Shown: positions 1-12,062 of the stretch, piece by piece
Layout of the letters: the number at the start of each line of letters is the position of its first letter
Position numbering within the stretch: the first letter of the stretch is position 1
Assembly (NCBI RefSeq): GCF_004010195.1
Contig: NC_057728.1
Location: forward strand, 45,541,419-45,605,418
DNA from: Chiloscyllium plagiosum
Taxonomy: Eukaryota
Length of the DNA stretch: 64,000 nt
Direction of reading: 5' to 3'
Program-made: the position numbers and the translations under genes
The notes under the pieces: generated by a model
Told to the model about the DNA's origin: nothing
What the model saw: the letters and a program-made list of their open reading frames with translations, nothing else
Database searches by the model: none

Positions 1-212
1 TCGACTGTTCAGCACAAATCAAAGGCTTTCCTTATTGTTATCCACTATTAAATCCACTTTTAGTAATAATGTTTAGAGTACAATGGATTTATGAGAAATA
101 GATTATGAAGGTCCCATCTATCCTCTATTTTAGATGTAGAAGATTCCATGACATGACTGTGATAAAGATATTGACATTTATTCATGGCATCCTTTATCAA
201 CATGACAAGATA

Positions 213-383
213 AATTATCCTGTCATTATTAAATTGGTATTTATGGGAGCTTGCTGTGTTTAACTTGGCAGATATTCTTCCCATATTACAATAGCGACAG
301 CACTTCAAAGTACCTCATGAGTTCCAAAGTACTTTGGGATATCCTGTGGTCATATAGGGTGCTATGTAATTGCTAGTCTCTCT
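213..383 (+). mobile_element. Deu-domain SINE (SacSINE1/AmnSINE-like), 3' portion, decayed
   Basis: TTTATGGGAGCTTGCTGTG...CACTTCAAAGTAC...CTTTGGGATATCCTG...GCTATGTAATTGCTAGTC resembles the Deu-domain/3' tail consensus as recalled. Confidence 0.65.
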
Positions 384-573
384 TGGTACTTATTAGTATT
401 GTTTGACATCTAAGTAGGTCTGTTACATGATTCAGTGGAGCATAAACCTATTATCACTTCAATTGTTGGATACTCCTCACTTGCCTATCAGAAGATGGCA
501 ACAAAAAGTATGGGATTTTCTTTTCTGGAAAAGACATTGTCAGTTGTCAATATGCATCTCAGGTCTTGAATAT

Positions 574-1510
574 TGTGGTGACATTGTGGCTTTCAAGAGG
601 TTATTTTGTCCTGGTTTTTTGAAGAGAGATTGCAAGGCAGAGGTTTTGAGCTGTCTCTAAGAAACTAAACAACTTGTGATGCCTTGGAATTTTTTTCTTT
701 GATGTTGGAACAATGGAATTAGCCTGGGTGTGGCCAGCTCTCTCAGACCAGTTTTTTTATTGTTTTTAGTTTTAGCTTTAAGCTGAAGCTATTGGAATTT
801 AGAAAATATTGGAAGCTGCAGAGAATGCATCGTGGCTGCTACTTTCTCTGAATTTTCTCTTGATATTTTTCCTTTTGGATTGGAGAACTGCTTGTGAGAA
901 TCTGTGTCTGAATTTTTTTTTGCCAAGGGGATGTCACGACATTGGAGGTGTTAATTAGTAATAGTTACTGTTTCTATTATTTTGTTAAGTTTTCCAAGAT
1001 TTAAGTTATTCTAAATTTCTCTTTCTTTTGTTTATATTTAAACTATAATGTATAAATAAATCATGCTTCACAATGCGGTTTGGTGGCTCAGTGGTTAGCA
1101 CTGTTGCCTCACAGCACCAAGTTCAATTCATGCCTTGGGTGACTGTGGCGTTTGCACATTCTCCCCGTGTCTGCATGGGTCTCTTCTGGGTGCTCTGGTT
1201 TCCTCCCACAATCCAAAGATGTTTAGGTCTGGTGAGTTGGCTGTGGTAATTGTCTATAGTGTTGTGCCTATAGTCATGTGTAAATATACAGAATAGGTCT
1301 GGGTGGGTTACTCTTCGGAGGGTTGGTGTGGACTTATTGGATTGAAGGGCCTGTTTCCATACTGTAGGGAATCTAATCTTATTGTCAAGTTTGACCAGTC
1401 ACATTGCATCAGGAACACAGCATTTTACGTCTACCTTTAAAATAAGAAAAAAATAGGTTCTAGGCTATCTTCTTAAAATATTTTGAGGGGTTCTGATCTG
1501 GTCCATAACA
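574..1510 (+). mobile_element. Solo LTR (Gypsy-like), interrupted by an HE1 SINE
   Basis: Starts TG (TGTGGTGA), ends CA (CCATAACA), flanked by 4-bp direct repeat ATAT (570-573, 1511-1514); internal AATAAA near 1054. Confidence 0.7.
1073..1379 (+). mobile_element. HE1-type tRNA-derived SINE
   Basis: A box GGTGGCTCAGTGGTTAGC, B-box-like GTTCAATTC, TTTGCACATTCTCCCCGTGTCTGC core, CR1-like tail GAAGGGCCTGTTTCCATACTGTAGGGAATCTAATCT. Confidence 0.9.
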
Positions 1511-2187
1511 ATATTTAATTAAGATTAATGCTGAAAGTGTAGAGCTTTATCACAGTGGATATATTCTCAATGATCAGTTAAGCTGAAATCTTGGATACCT
1601 GTTTGGGTAATTCAGCAAGATCTATAGCACTATTCAAAGAGGAACGAGGTAACCAACATTCTTTCATTAACTGCCATCTGAAAGATGAACTCATTCCTAG
1701 AGCTTTATTGAACTGAAAAGAGAAGCCTTGTTTGCCTACAAATCCAGAAAGACTATGGGTGCTATCTAATCCAGGTGGTGGAGCTGGCTCTAGATCTATG
1801 GTGCCTCCTTTAGGCAAGATCTGCCCATTAAGATCACAGGTCAACCCTGCTTAGGATCAAAGATCCTGTCAAATGAGAGGTCGTAGTCCCTGAGAGCTGC
1901 TGACCAATCACAGGCTAGTTGGCAGCTGCCCAATGCAGGCAGTGTCAATGGGAGTGGTGACTGCTATCACTAATGCACACTCTCGCGATACAGGCTCAAC
2001 GAGGGACACTGGGGGGCAGAGGGGGTGATGGAGGTTGAAGGTCAAGAAGATTTTGGGGAGAGGGAGGGGGCATGAGGTCAGGGTAAGGGCAAAGGATATG
2101 ATCCTTACCCAGTGCTTCTCCCCTCTCCCTCACACTTCCTGAAGTCAGGTGCCTCCATTGCCACTGAATGCTTTTGAATGAGGGACT

Positions 2188-2243
2188 GGGCCTTGGGGTC
2201 GATTAGAAAACATGAGGGCCTTGAGGTCGATTAGAAAACATGA
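2188..2243. repeat. 28-bp tandem duplication
   Basis: GGGCCTTG(G/A)GGTCGATTAGAAAACATGA twice, one mismatch. Confidence 0.9.
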
Positions 2244-2515
2244 CATGGTCTGCTTCTTAGGCTGCTGGCACAGTGACTGCTGCATTATCCACATGGGGTG
2301 TGAATACCAGTGGTAGCAAAATGAGGCTCTTTAGTGGCAACTCATTGCCCACTTAAGAGCTTCAATGAGCAGAGATGTAGATATGCCATCCAGAAGCCTT
2401 CTCACCCCACATTTAATGAGGATTGAGGCAGGATAGTATTGGTGTGACTACCTGAAACTCTTTCACCTGCTTCAATGCAAACCTTAGCATCACAATCTGT
2501 CTCAGAGTGAAGATA

Positions 2516-2850
2516 GGGTGGCACGGTGGGGCAGTACTATCCTGCCTCAATCCTCATTAAATGTGGGGTGAGAAGGCTTCTGGATGGCATATCTACACCT
2601 CACAGCACCAAGGACCCGGGTTCAATTTCTGCCTCGGGCAACTGTCTGTGTGGAGTTCGCACATTCTCCCGATACTCCGGATGCTCCAGTTTCCTCCCAC
2701 AGTCCAAAGATGTGCAGGTTAGGTGAATTGGCCATGCTAAATTGCCCATAGTGTTAGGTGCATTAGTCAGGGGTGAATGTAGGGGAATGGGTCTGGGTGA
2801 GTTGCTCTTTGGAGGGTCAGTGTGGATTTCCACACTGTAGGGAATCTAAT
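2516..2850 (+). mobile_element. HE1-type SINE with a foreign 63-bp segment in its head
   Basis: GGGTGGCACGGTGG start, resumes at CCTCACAGCACCAAGGACCCGGGTTCAATT, ends TTTCCACACTGTAGGGAATCTAAT. Confidence 0.88.
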
Positions 2851-3605
2851 ATAATCAAATATGTAGTTTCACCCTGTATTTCCAATGTCTGTGAAGTGCT
2901 TTGAAGCATTCCTGAGAGATGTAATAGGTTTATATAAATGAAATACATGTTTCTCATTCCTTTCCTTCTCAATATAAACCAGTTTGCCACATTCATTGTT
3001 ACATTCTTCTCCCTCTTTGTCCTCCTCCATCTGGTACATTGCAGGGGATTGCCCAACTCACAGCACGGTCCATTCTACGAAATAGTGGCAGGAGTATGGG
3101 AGGGGACAGCGGAAAGGAGCTGAAGCAATACGGTTGTCAGCTGCGCTCAGACACAAATGGATGCCGTCCTTAAATCAATGATGGTCCACATCAAGCAGAC
3201 TCTGAAATGTATGCGGGCAGTTTTAAGTCGGGGTGGGCGCAATTTTCTTGAAATGACTTTAGGTCACTTTATTTCAAAATGTTAAACTGTTTTTTCTTTT
3301 TAGACTTTTCACATTTTGGAAATATTCCATTTAACAGTGGGGATGATTTTAACTGTATTTGGTCCTCCACACCGTACAGACTAATTGATCCCACTTAAGA
3401 ATGTTCATTCCATTTACATCCATTTTCAAATTCAGACTTCTTCACCATGAAGCAGGCAAGCCTAGTGGGTACTGTTCATTGGCGCCAGGCATATCTGGAA
3501 GCTGGGTGATTGTGGAGGGAGAGGATATGGCTTATTTTGGCCATTATTCTGAATGGAGCCCAGAGGAGAGTTGCTGTTCATTCTGATCCCAAAAACAAAC
3601 GTCTT

Positions 3606-3935
3606 GGTGTACTGGACTGGACTCGTGATCAAGAGACTCTAGGGATGTGGGTTCAAATCCTTTCACATAAACTGGTGGAGGATGACTTCAATTGTTAAAA
3701 CTAAAATAAAAGTCTAGTCTCAATAATGGTGACTGTAACAGGCATTCACCAATTGTTGTAAAGATGTCATCCTTTCCCAATCTGGCCAAAGTCTGATCCC
3801 AGACACACAGCAATGTGCTTGATACTGAACAATCCTTTGAAATAGCTTAGCAACCATCAGTTTGAGGGCAATTAAGGAAAGACAATAAATGTCGGCTTTG
3901 CCAACAATGTCTACAACGCATGAATGAATGTAAAA
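3606..3935 (+). mobile_element. tRNA-headed SINE family B (3' tail shared with LINE family B)
   Basis: ACTGGACTCGTGATC head, B box GGGTTCAAATCC, CAGACACACAGCAATGTG core, GGGCAATTAAGG...CAATAAATG tail; homologous to 19738, 21575, 41881. Confidence 0.7.
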
Positions 3936-4253
3936 CATCTGCTCTTCTTACGTGTCAAGTTTTACAGAGTGGATTGGCTCTCCAGTGTTCATTGCAACTC
4001 CTACGTTTGTCACAGGTTCCTGATTTGCATCAATAATAGTTTTCCTCAATATGTGAAAGGAAAAGGATGAGTGAGGATAAATGTGAGACTATTACAAGTT
4101 GAGGACTGGAGAATTTATAACAAATAATATGGAAATGGCAGAGATACCAGATAGTTACCTCACACCTGTGTTTGTGGAAGAAGGTACAGAAAATCTCCCA
4201 GAAAGGGAATTGTGCATAATTCATATCTCCTCATTGAGGGAAGGCTTAGAGAC

Positions 4254-4694
4254 AGCGTGATAGGGACTCAGCAGGCTAATGTTTGGGAGAAATTGAGGAA
4301 ACTTGGTCTGTATGCCGAAGAGGTTTGAAGAGTGAGAGGTAATCTCATTAAAATTAACATAAATGACAGAGTGAATATAGATACGATGTTTCTCCTGGCT
4401 GATGACTCTAGAACTAGGAGACACAATCTCAGGAGATGGGCAGGCCATTTAAGACTGAGATGAGGAGGGATTTATTCATTTGTTAGGTGGTGACTCTTTC
4501 GAATTCCCTACTCCAGAGGGTTGAGAAAGTTCAATCATCGAGCAGGCTGAGGACAGAAACTGATAGATTTCTGGATGTTGATGATATTAAGGGATATAAA
4601 CATAGTGTGGGAAATGGCATTGAGGAAATGATTAACTATGGTCGAGAAAGGCAGAACAGGTTTAATGGGCTGAATGATTTATTCCTGTTCCTAT
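4254..4694 (+). mobile_element. CR1-type LINE 3' fragment, decayed
   Basis: CTAGAACTAGGAGACAC, TTTAAGACTGAGATGAGGAGG, GGGCTGAATG...TTCCTGTTCCTAT typical of CR1 3' ends. Confidence 0.75.
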
Positions 4695-4772
4695 CTACCC
4701 ACTTCCCACCAGATTCAGGGAGTCCAAAGGAAGGTCTGAGAACAGTTGGCAAACCAACTCCATCACATTTAA

Positions 4773-5099
4773 TTTAGATTAGATTCCCGATAGTATGGAA
4801 ACAGGTCCTGAGACTCAACAAGTCCACATTGACTCTCCAAAGAGTAACCCACTCAGACCCATTCCTCCACCCTATATTTACCCCTGACTAATGCACCTCA
4901 CACTATGGGCAATCAGCATGGCCTATTCACCTAACCTGCACACTTTTAGATTGTGGGAGGAATTTGGAGCATCCGGAGGAAACCCATGCAGACACGGTGA
5001 GAATATGCAAACTCCTCACTGTTGACCAAGGCGAGAATCAAACCCAGGTCCCTGGCATCGTGAGGCTGCAGTGCAAACCATTAAGCCACTGTGCCGCCC
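4773..5099 (-). mobile_element. HE1-type SINE
   Basis: Reverse complement of HE1: TTAGATTAGATTCCC tail through CCACTGTGCCGCCC head. Confidence 0.9.
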
Positions 5100-5824
5100 A
5101 TGTTTTATGCCTCTAACTATACTAGCCCCAATTACAACAACATTTCTCTTCTCTTCCCCCCCTTGAAACGTTCCCTAAAATCAGTGCTGCAGCCAATCGG
5201 CTCATCCTCCTTGCAGTCTCCATTCCTATCCACACAGGAAGCAAAACTCTTGAACCTGTTAGACACCTCCAGGAATCCACCACCTTCCTCACTCATAGCC
5301 ACACCCTACTCTCTCTGACCACTGGCTGAATTTGAGTTAGTTGATCTAAGAAGTGTGACTGTGTCCTGAAACACAGAGTCCACGAAACTCTCCCCCTCCC
5401 TGATGTGTCAAATGTTTGAAGCTTAGACTCCATTTACAGTGGAAGTCAGTTCAAATGAATGAAAATGATCAAGGAGTTGGTTTGAAGGAGTTACTGAGCC
5501 ATGTAATAGGAGGGAGTCGAGTTGTTTCTGAAGATACAAATCTCTGGCCAGGGTATTTCTGCAATCATTTTTTTCAACTGTCCAGTATTTCAGTTCCCTG
5601 ATCTCTTGAAATCATAACTGCTCGAAGCTTTCTAGGTAAAATCCTAACTCGTCCTTAATATTTAAACCAAAGGATTTCAAAAATCAATGTCTACAAATAG
5701 ACTGATCGAATGTTTAAAGGCATTCAGAAGTTAAATTTAAAAGACGATGTTTTGATTTCTAAAACTACAAGCATTGAGTTATGTGTGGAGTTGTTCAAAG
5801 ATCTATAAGACAATGTATCATAAC

Positions 5825-5843
5825 TTGGCACTAGATGGCAGCA
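5825..5843 (+). promoter_or_regulatory. CTCF-binding motif candidate
   Basis: TTGGCACTAGATGGCAGCA fits core CCASYAGRKGGCRS with one mismatch; lies outside recognisable repeats. Confidence 0.55.
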
Positions 5844-5984
5844 TGAGACAAGATTTAAAAAAAAGTAATACCGATGTCACAATTAACCAAGACTACTTCA
5901 TAGTGACAAAAAGGAATAAAATCTAATAGTGCTGTAGGGTATGCTTCAAAGGGACAAATATCATAAAGTTTCTGGATGGGAAGA

Positions 5985-6104
5985 AGATATATTCCAAGCA
6001 ACCTGCTCAGTGATATTATTTCACGTCTCTGAAGCAGGTTGTTCCTGAACTTGGTACTCCTGGCACAGAAGTAGGGATATTACCATTGCACCACAAGAGA
6101 TCCT
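5985..6104 (-). mobile_element. Short (~115 bp) tRNA-like SINE family C
   Basis: GTAGGGATATTACCATTGCACCACAAGAG; homologous to 18660, 24848, 41983. Confidence 0.55.
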
Positions 6105-6894
6105 AATGAAATTTCTGTAATGGAAAGTAGTGATTACATTTCCCAGCTGACAGTTACTACTAGTTTGGTTTTAACAATTAAGAAAACCATTTAAAATTGA
6201 TGACCAATGAGCAAGATTTGAATTTATACAACAGAACATTCCATGATGTGGGGCTGGATCAAAAATAATTTGTACAAAAGTAGCAATGCAATATTTCCTC
6301 TGACTGTTCCTATTAGAAACAAAACAGTTCCTCCTTTCACAAAGAGAAGACTTAAATGGAATTCTATGGTCAACAGACAAATTTTAAAATCTATAGACTG
6401 TGGCAGTGGTTGCTGACGAGGATTGTTGCAATAGCTAAACTCTATTGGATTAATTCCTGTTATGCCAGCAGATTAGACCATCAAAACCCAACCACAGTGG
6501 TATACAAAACAAAAAAATCCATATTTGTGAGCCCACACATACTCGTAATCATTTCAGACGCTAAGGAGATTCATGGCATGTGGTTAATATGCATGTAACC
6601 AGCGCTCATCTCTAATGGCATCTGACCTGTGTCCGAATGGAGCTAATGCCATTCCAGTCTCAAGACTAAAAGAACGTTAGCCTCGAGCTTGTTTAGCATT
6701 CAATGACAGCTGATGTGCTCCTCAGTTCAATTATCTGCCCTGGCTCCATAACCACAATACCTTTACATACCAGAAAATTACTAATCTTAAAACTTGAAAG
6801 AGAATGCTAGACCTACCCTCTGTTAAAAAAATTCTGATTTCTCTCCTAAATGCTGGAGCTCTAATTTTTCTATTAAATCCCTTCGTTCTGGTTA

Positions 6895-7080
6895 AGAGGA
6901 AAATTGCAAGTGGTGGTCTTCCCAGGTGTCTGCTGCTCTTAGCCTTCTAGTGGTCATAGGTTTGGAAGGTGCTATCTAAAGATCTTTGGTGAATATCTGC
7001 AGTGCATCTGTAGATAGTGCACACTGTTGCTACAGAGCGGAGGGAGTGGATGTTTGTAGATGTGGTAGCAATCAAGTGCT
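6895..7080 (-). mobile_element. LINE family B 3' fragment
   Basis: GGTTTGGAAGGTGCT...TAGATAGTGCACACTGTTGC is the reverse complement of sequence seen near 9400 and 14120-14200. Confidence 0.55.
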
Positions 7081-7084
7081 TGTG

Positions 7085-7193
7085 ATTTATTGTAAAACTA
7101 CCTTGCTAAAAACAACAAACAGCCCATCCATCAAGCCAGATTTTGATCTGGGATCTTGGCTTGTCTGGTAATATCATTAGCTGGGAACATAAT
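7085..7193 (+). mobile_element. LTR 3' end fragment
   Basis: TCAAGCCAGATTTTGATCTGGGATC...CTGGGAACATAAT resembles the end of the LTR-like block at 38040-38130. Confidence 0.4.
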
Positions 7194-7289
7194 AATTTGG
7201 GGCTTTTGGTGGGATTGGAATTCATGGGACTTAAGAGGGATCTGTGTCATGTTTTTTTAAAATGAGAGGTACATGGATGAGGGTGAGAA

Positions 7290-7607
7290 ATTTGGGACAG
7301 TCTCATGAGATCTCAAGTGACAACTTCTTATTGTCAAGACCAGCAAGTTGCATTTCCTGACCAAGTCCTGGATGTTGAGATGAGATTCTCGCTGCTGAGC
7401 AGTGAGAGGCCTATTAACAGGGTTTATTGATCATTATCACCCTCATTATTATTTAATATTTCCTCATTAATAGCACTCTCCTACTCTACCATCAACTGGA
7501 CAGAAATTAGAGCTTGGGAATTCCTCACACAAAAGACAGGGCAAATACCTGGCAACATCAGCTTGCTGCTGGCTCCTCCAAGCCTTCACCTTGGCACCTA
7601 GCACCAA
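7290..7607 (+). mobile_element. Decayed repeat homologous to the TIR element at 16455-17149
   Basis: Shared colinear words GATGTTGAGA, CTCATTAATA, CTGGA(C/T)AGAA, GCTTGCTGC, GCACCAA. Confidence 0.5.
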
Positions 7608-7931
7608 TATCAGAGGGTATGCTCTGTGAGTGATAGCTGCACACACACCCTATTGACTGACATTGGTATCTGACAAATGCCAGTCTCACTGCATTATCAT
7701 GGAACATCTCCAATGCATTTACAATATACTTTCACACTTCAATGCTAAACTTTGGGTTACACTGGAGTGCACCATAAATCAGGCCCCATTATTCCCAGAG
7801 TTGTAATGGTTTTTTACAGGATTTTCTTAAAGTAAATACTGTACCCCAATTTACCTGACTTTCAGAGCAAGGTTGATAGAAAGCCAGGTACCTGTACTGA
7901 AAAATAATTATTTGTTACAGAGGTCTTCATC

Positions 7932-8013
7932 AGGAGGCTCACTGAAGATGTTACCTAGTATGGTGACAAAACGTCCGAAAATGAACTTTGCAGCTCAGCG
8001 AGCAAACCTACAT
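7932..8013 (+). mobile_element. PLE terminal fragment with mutated hammerhead core
   Basis: CTGAAGA T GTTACC TAGTAT GGTGAC AAAACGTC...AGCTCAGCGAGCAAACCTACA; same family as 27940-28026 and 33470-33550. Confidence 0.75.
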
Positions 8014-9096
8014 CCAATACCTGAGGTAAAGTGGGCAGATGAAGACTCAGATAGGCAAATTGGGAGGGCACTTGGGGAAGTGAAAATCCTATGGGATTGT
8101 GAGGAAGGATGACCAAGAAAAAGGGATGCTTATATCTGGGGGGTTCACCAAGATCTTTTTACACCTGAGACTGACTGATTGAGGAGGAACCACTGTTTCC
8201 TTCCCCTATGCTGCAAACAGCGTGTGCAATGGAGATGGAAATGGTGGTGATTGCATCTGGAGTGGGAAGGGTTAGTGCTTTGTTTGGTAAGGGAGGAGGA
8301 TTTGATTTCGAGCAATGTGATACACTTCAAAAGGCATCAGCATTACACTGACACCCAGACCTTGAAGCTAAAATACACCCGTGAGCTCTCCATATTTTGT
8401 CATCTTAGGTACGAATCACTTGTGCACTGTTCAAATCCTTGGCACAAACACTCCTGACTATAACGAATGATGCAGGTGATGCTACATCAATGTCTTTTCA
8501 CTTTGAAAATTCACACATTGCCTGCTCATCTCACACTGTGGACAACTGAACCTCATGTAGCATAGGATGTATCCCTTCAATATTGTAGCTGCTACACAGA
8601 GACTCACACACACAGCTGCTGGTGAAAAGTGAACATTTATTTACAAATGAGATAACCTATTTATGTTGACATGTCCTCAAAAGGTTTTTGTTCTTTCCCT
8701 CCTATTACTTCTCCGTACAGTCCCATGTTCCATAATTGGGGTAGAAGGGGTCAACCTTACAGTTGACCCTTTTGGCCCTGGAGGTTTGGTTGGGTTATCT
8801 GAAGGGGATTTGTGGCTGGAGGGCCCAGACTTGCTGAGTGTATCCTGCCCAGAGCAGGGCAGAGGTTGGAAATAGAAGGCCTTTCCATCTCGAGTGTTCT
8901 GACAGAATACTTCAGGGGAGCCTATGTATGGTTCTTCCTCCAGCTGGGTTTCTGTTAATATGGAGTAAGAGCAAAGTCCATCATCTTCACATCACTTTGC
9001 AGTTGGTGCTGAGCACAAATGGCATCGGTGATGGAGTGCCAGCCCGTGAGTATATCCAGCAGATTCTGAGACTGTTAACATCCTGGGAGTTACCAT

Positions 9097-9734
9097 TGAC
9101 TAGAAACTGAACTGGACCAGCCATATAAATACAATGGTTAAAAGACCAAATCAGAGACTAGGAATTCCACAGTGAGTAATTCAGTTCCTGACTCCTAAGA
9201 ACCTGTCTCCACCATCTACAGGCATAGGTCAGAACTGTGATGGAATGCTCCCCACTTGCCTGGATGAGTGCAGCTTCAAAAACACTCCTAAAGCCTGTCA
9301 CCATCTAAGCCAAAGCAATCCACTCGACTGGCATCTACCATCTTCAATATTCACTCCTCACACGACTGAAAGACAGTGATAGCTGGAGGCTTCATCCAGA
9401 GAAGCACTGCTAAGACTCACCATGAGTCCTCCAAAAGCATCTTCCAAACCCATGCCCTTCACCAAGTCGAAGGAGAAAATCAGTAGGTGCATAGGAATAG
9501 CAGCATCTGCACATTTCCCTCTGAGACACACCACCCTAGCTTCGACGTGTCTCACTTGTTCTTCAATCTCACTGGGTCAAAATTCTGGAACTTTCTCCTC
9601 CCAAACACTGTTAGTGTCTCTAAACAACAAGGACTTGAGTTGGTTCATTACCAGCTTCTCCAGAGCAATTAAGGATGGGCAATAATTGCTGACATACGCA
9701 GTGAGACTCATGTGAAGAAAAGATATTAAAGAAA
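9097..9734 (+). mobile_element. LINE family B (CR1-group) 3' portion
   Basis: Encodes decayed KLNWTSHINT...VMECSPLAWMSAA RT C-terminus; tail GCAATTAAGGATGGGCAATAA. Confidence 0.8.
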
Positions 9735-9926
9735 GGACTGGAGGGGACTTTGGTTAACACTATGTAAATATATGCTGTTGCTTTCTTTGTTGGACCTGAA
9801 GTCATGTATCATTTCAGTTGACAACCCTAAGTAAAGATCATGCTCCTATAAATGTCCAATTGATACAATGTTAATATAACACCCACATTGACCGATAATG
9901 GGCAGAGTCCAGTACATTCATCCTAA

Positions 9927-10174
9927 CCATGGAGGTCCTGGGCCTCCTTCACCGCCGCTCCCTTACCACCAGATGCCTGGAGGAAGAACGCCTCATCTTC
10001 CGCCTCGGAACACTTCAACTCCAGGGCATCAATACCTCCTTTAGCTTTTCTCTCCATGCTTCAGGCTCTCTGCCTTTATTCCTGATGAAGGGCTTTTGCC
10101 CGAAACATCAATTTTACTGCTCCTTGGATGCTGCCTGAACTGCTGTGCTCTTCCAGCACCACTAATCCAGAATC
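9927..10174 (+). mobile_element. PLE fragment: GIY-YIG C-terminus fused to terminal repeat
   Basis: ORF MEVLGLLHRRSLTTRCLEEERLIFRLGTLQLQGIN followed by hammerhead motif and GGATGCTGCCTGAACTGCTGTGC terminus. Confidence 0.85.
10082..10109 (+). ncRNA. Minimal hammerhead ribozyme motif (PLE-associated)
   Basis: CUGAUGA A GGGC-UUUU-GCCC GAAA CAUC; perfect stem II, helix-III palindrome ACGU decayed to ACAU. Confidence 0.7.
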
Positions 10175-11859
10175 TTGATTGACTCCCTAGAAATGAAAGA
10201 ACTGTCCTTACATCTAGTAAACAAGCTGTTATGTGTTTGACAGTGTAACACTGATTTTATGAAGTGCATGATGAAGTGATGTATAATTGATAGTAAGCTA
10301 TTGGAAACAAAAGTCAGTGTCTGATTATAATTATTTCCTACAGCTGATTTGTTTTATTCAAAATAAAGTGGAAGTAGGCCCACTGACAGGAAATCAATTT
10401 TAAATCAGCGTTCCAAAGATGGCCTTTCTTCAGTGAATTGAAATGCAATGACGCAGGTAACCAAAAATATTACTGAGCTAAAATATCTGATCCCTTCAGA
10501 ACTTGAAAATGGCTTGTGGCTTTAAAAGACTTAGCAACTAAAACCTGCTTTGCTGTATTGTGATACATTCTGTTCCAATTATAGGTTTCCCTCCTGATTT
10601 TCTGTGTAGGTATATGAAGAACATTAAAAAGATCCTGCTTCAAATCAATTTTTTTCAAAATGTTCAAATTTGATGATAATAAGCAAGTTCTCTATGCAGA
10701 GCAGCTGGTTTCCTATTTTTAAAACTACTTTGAAATGAATTTATGGAGTGAAATGTTTGCAAGCTGTCCATTAAATATGAAATGACAGGAATTATTTCTG
10801 AATAACTTTAAACAATTTTGTTCTGTTGATTGTTATAAAGCTAATTTTTTTTTGTTTGAAACTTTGAGTTGATTTAGTAAGACTGGGACAATATAGCTAT
10901 GTTTAGACTTCCCAGCAAAGTTTCAAATCTTTTAAGTTTGGACTGGGCTGGGAAAAAGTAAATTCTAATAGAGCTGAGGTGCTTTCCCTGATATCAGCAC
11001 ATGCAATATATTTACAAAGTGAGTGTTGGCAAGAAGGTAAGTGATGTTTAACTATCTGAAATGTTTAGAAATGGAGCATAAAATCATTCAGAAACATCAC
11101 CGTTCATTGCTACAGGAATTGTAAGCCTCTATCATGTTATTAATGAGTGGTGATTTGTGGTTTGCCTCTACAAGCTCTTGAAAGCTACTCTGAGAACACG
11201 TTACTGAAAGTGAAAGCATAAAATTTAATATTTGTGTTTCTGCCTTCCAAACAAAATGGTTGCGTACATAACAGCTTTACCTTATATAAAAAAAAACTTC
11301 CTGTCCCTTGCAATGGATGGATGAGATTTGAAATGAGTGGACACATTTTCCTACAGACATGAAATCAGCACAAGTGTATAGCCTCAATAGTTTGATAGCA
11401 GCAAGTAACACAAAAAACATTATTCTGGAGCCATTCAATTCATAATAGTATTAAGTTTTCACAAGGACCATTTTATGTCAAAGGAGCAGAGCCAACAGAA
11501 CGTGGAGTGTGAGCAGAACAAGATTAGCAACTGATATTGTCAAAGTATTTGAATGAACATAGCCAAATTGTTACGGCAAATATTTCAATCTGTCCATTTA
11601 ATTTTATTTTCTTGAAAGAGCACACTAAAGAACTGAAAAATACAGCATTAACCGAGAGCAGGTTAGCCTTCCAAAATGAACATGTTGCCGTGGTGGGGTG
11701 TACTGACCTTGTTTAATTGCAGAAGGCAAATACTGTTTTAAAGTTGTTGAAAGCCAATCTTCCTGTTAGCATCAAAGATTGCAGTAAAATTGTTCTGTTC
11801 ACATATGCCAATCTCTCACACAACCTCAACAGGTACTCAACCAACGATCTCCAAAATAA

Positions 11860-12062
11860 AAAGTTGCCATAGTTTCACCAGACCATGGAACTGTTGTCAC
11901 TGGAGAGGTGACTGATGGTGGTTTAAATGAAGGATCACATGAGGGAACAGGTTCAGAAGGTGAGACCTTTACAATAGCCTCAGCCGATGTGGGAATTGAA
12001 CTCATGCTGTTAGCATTATTCTGCATCATAAACTGACTATCCAGCCAACTTAGCTAACCAAA
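11860..12062 (-). mobile_element. tRNA-like SINE family D
   Basis: GGGAATTGAACTC (B box, rc) and ATCCAGCCAACTTAGCTAACC (A box, rc); homologous to 46340-46531. Confidence 0.65.

Noticed and set aside
10998..11042. Strong donor AAG|GTAAGT with possible 39-nt exon
   Set aside because: Weak acceptor and no other support; such donors occur by chance in 64 kb
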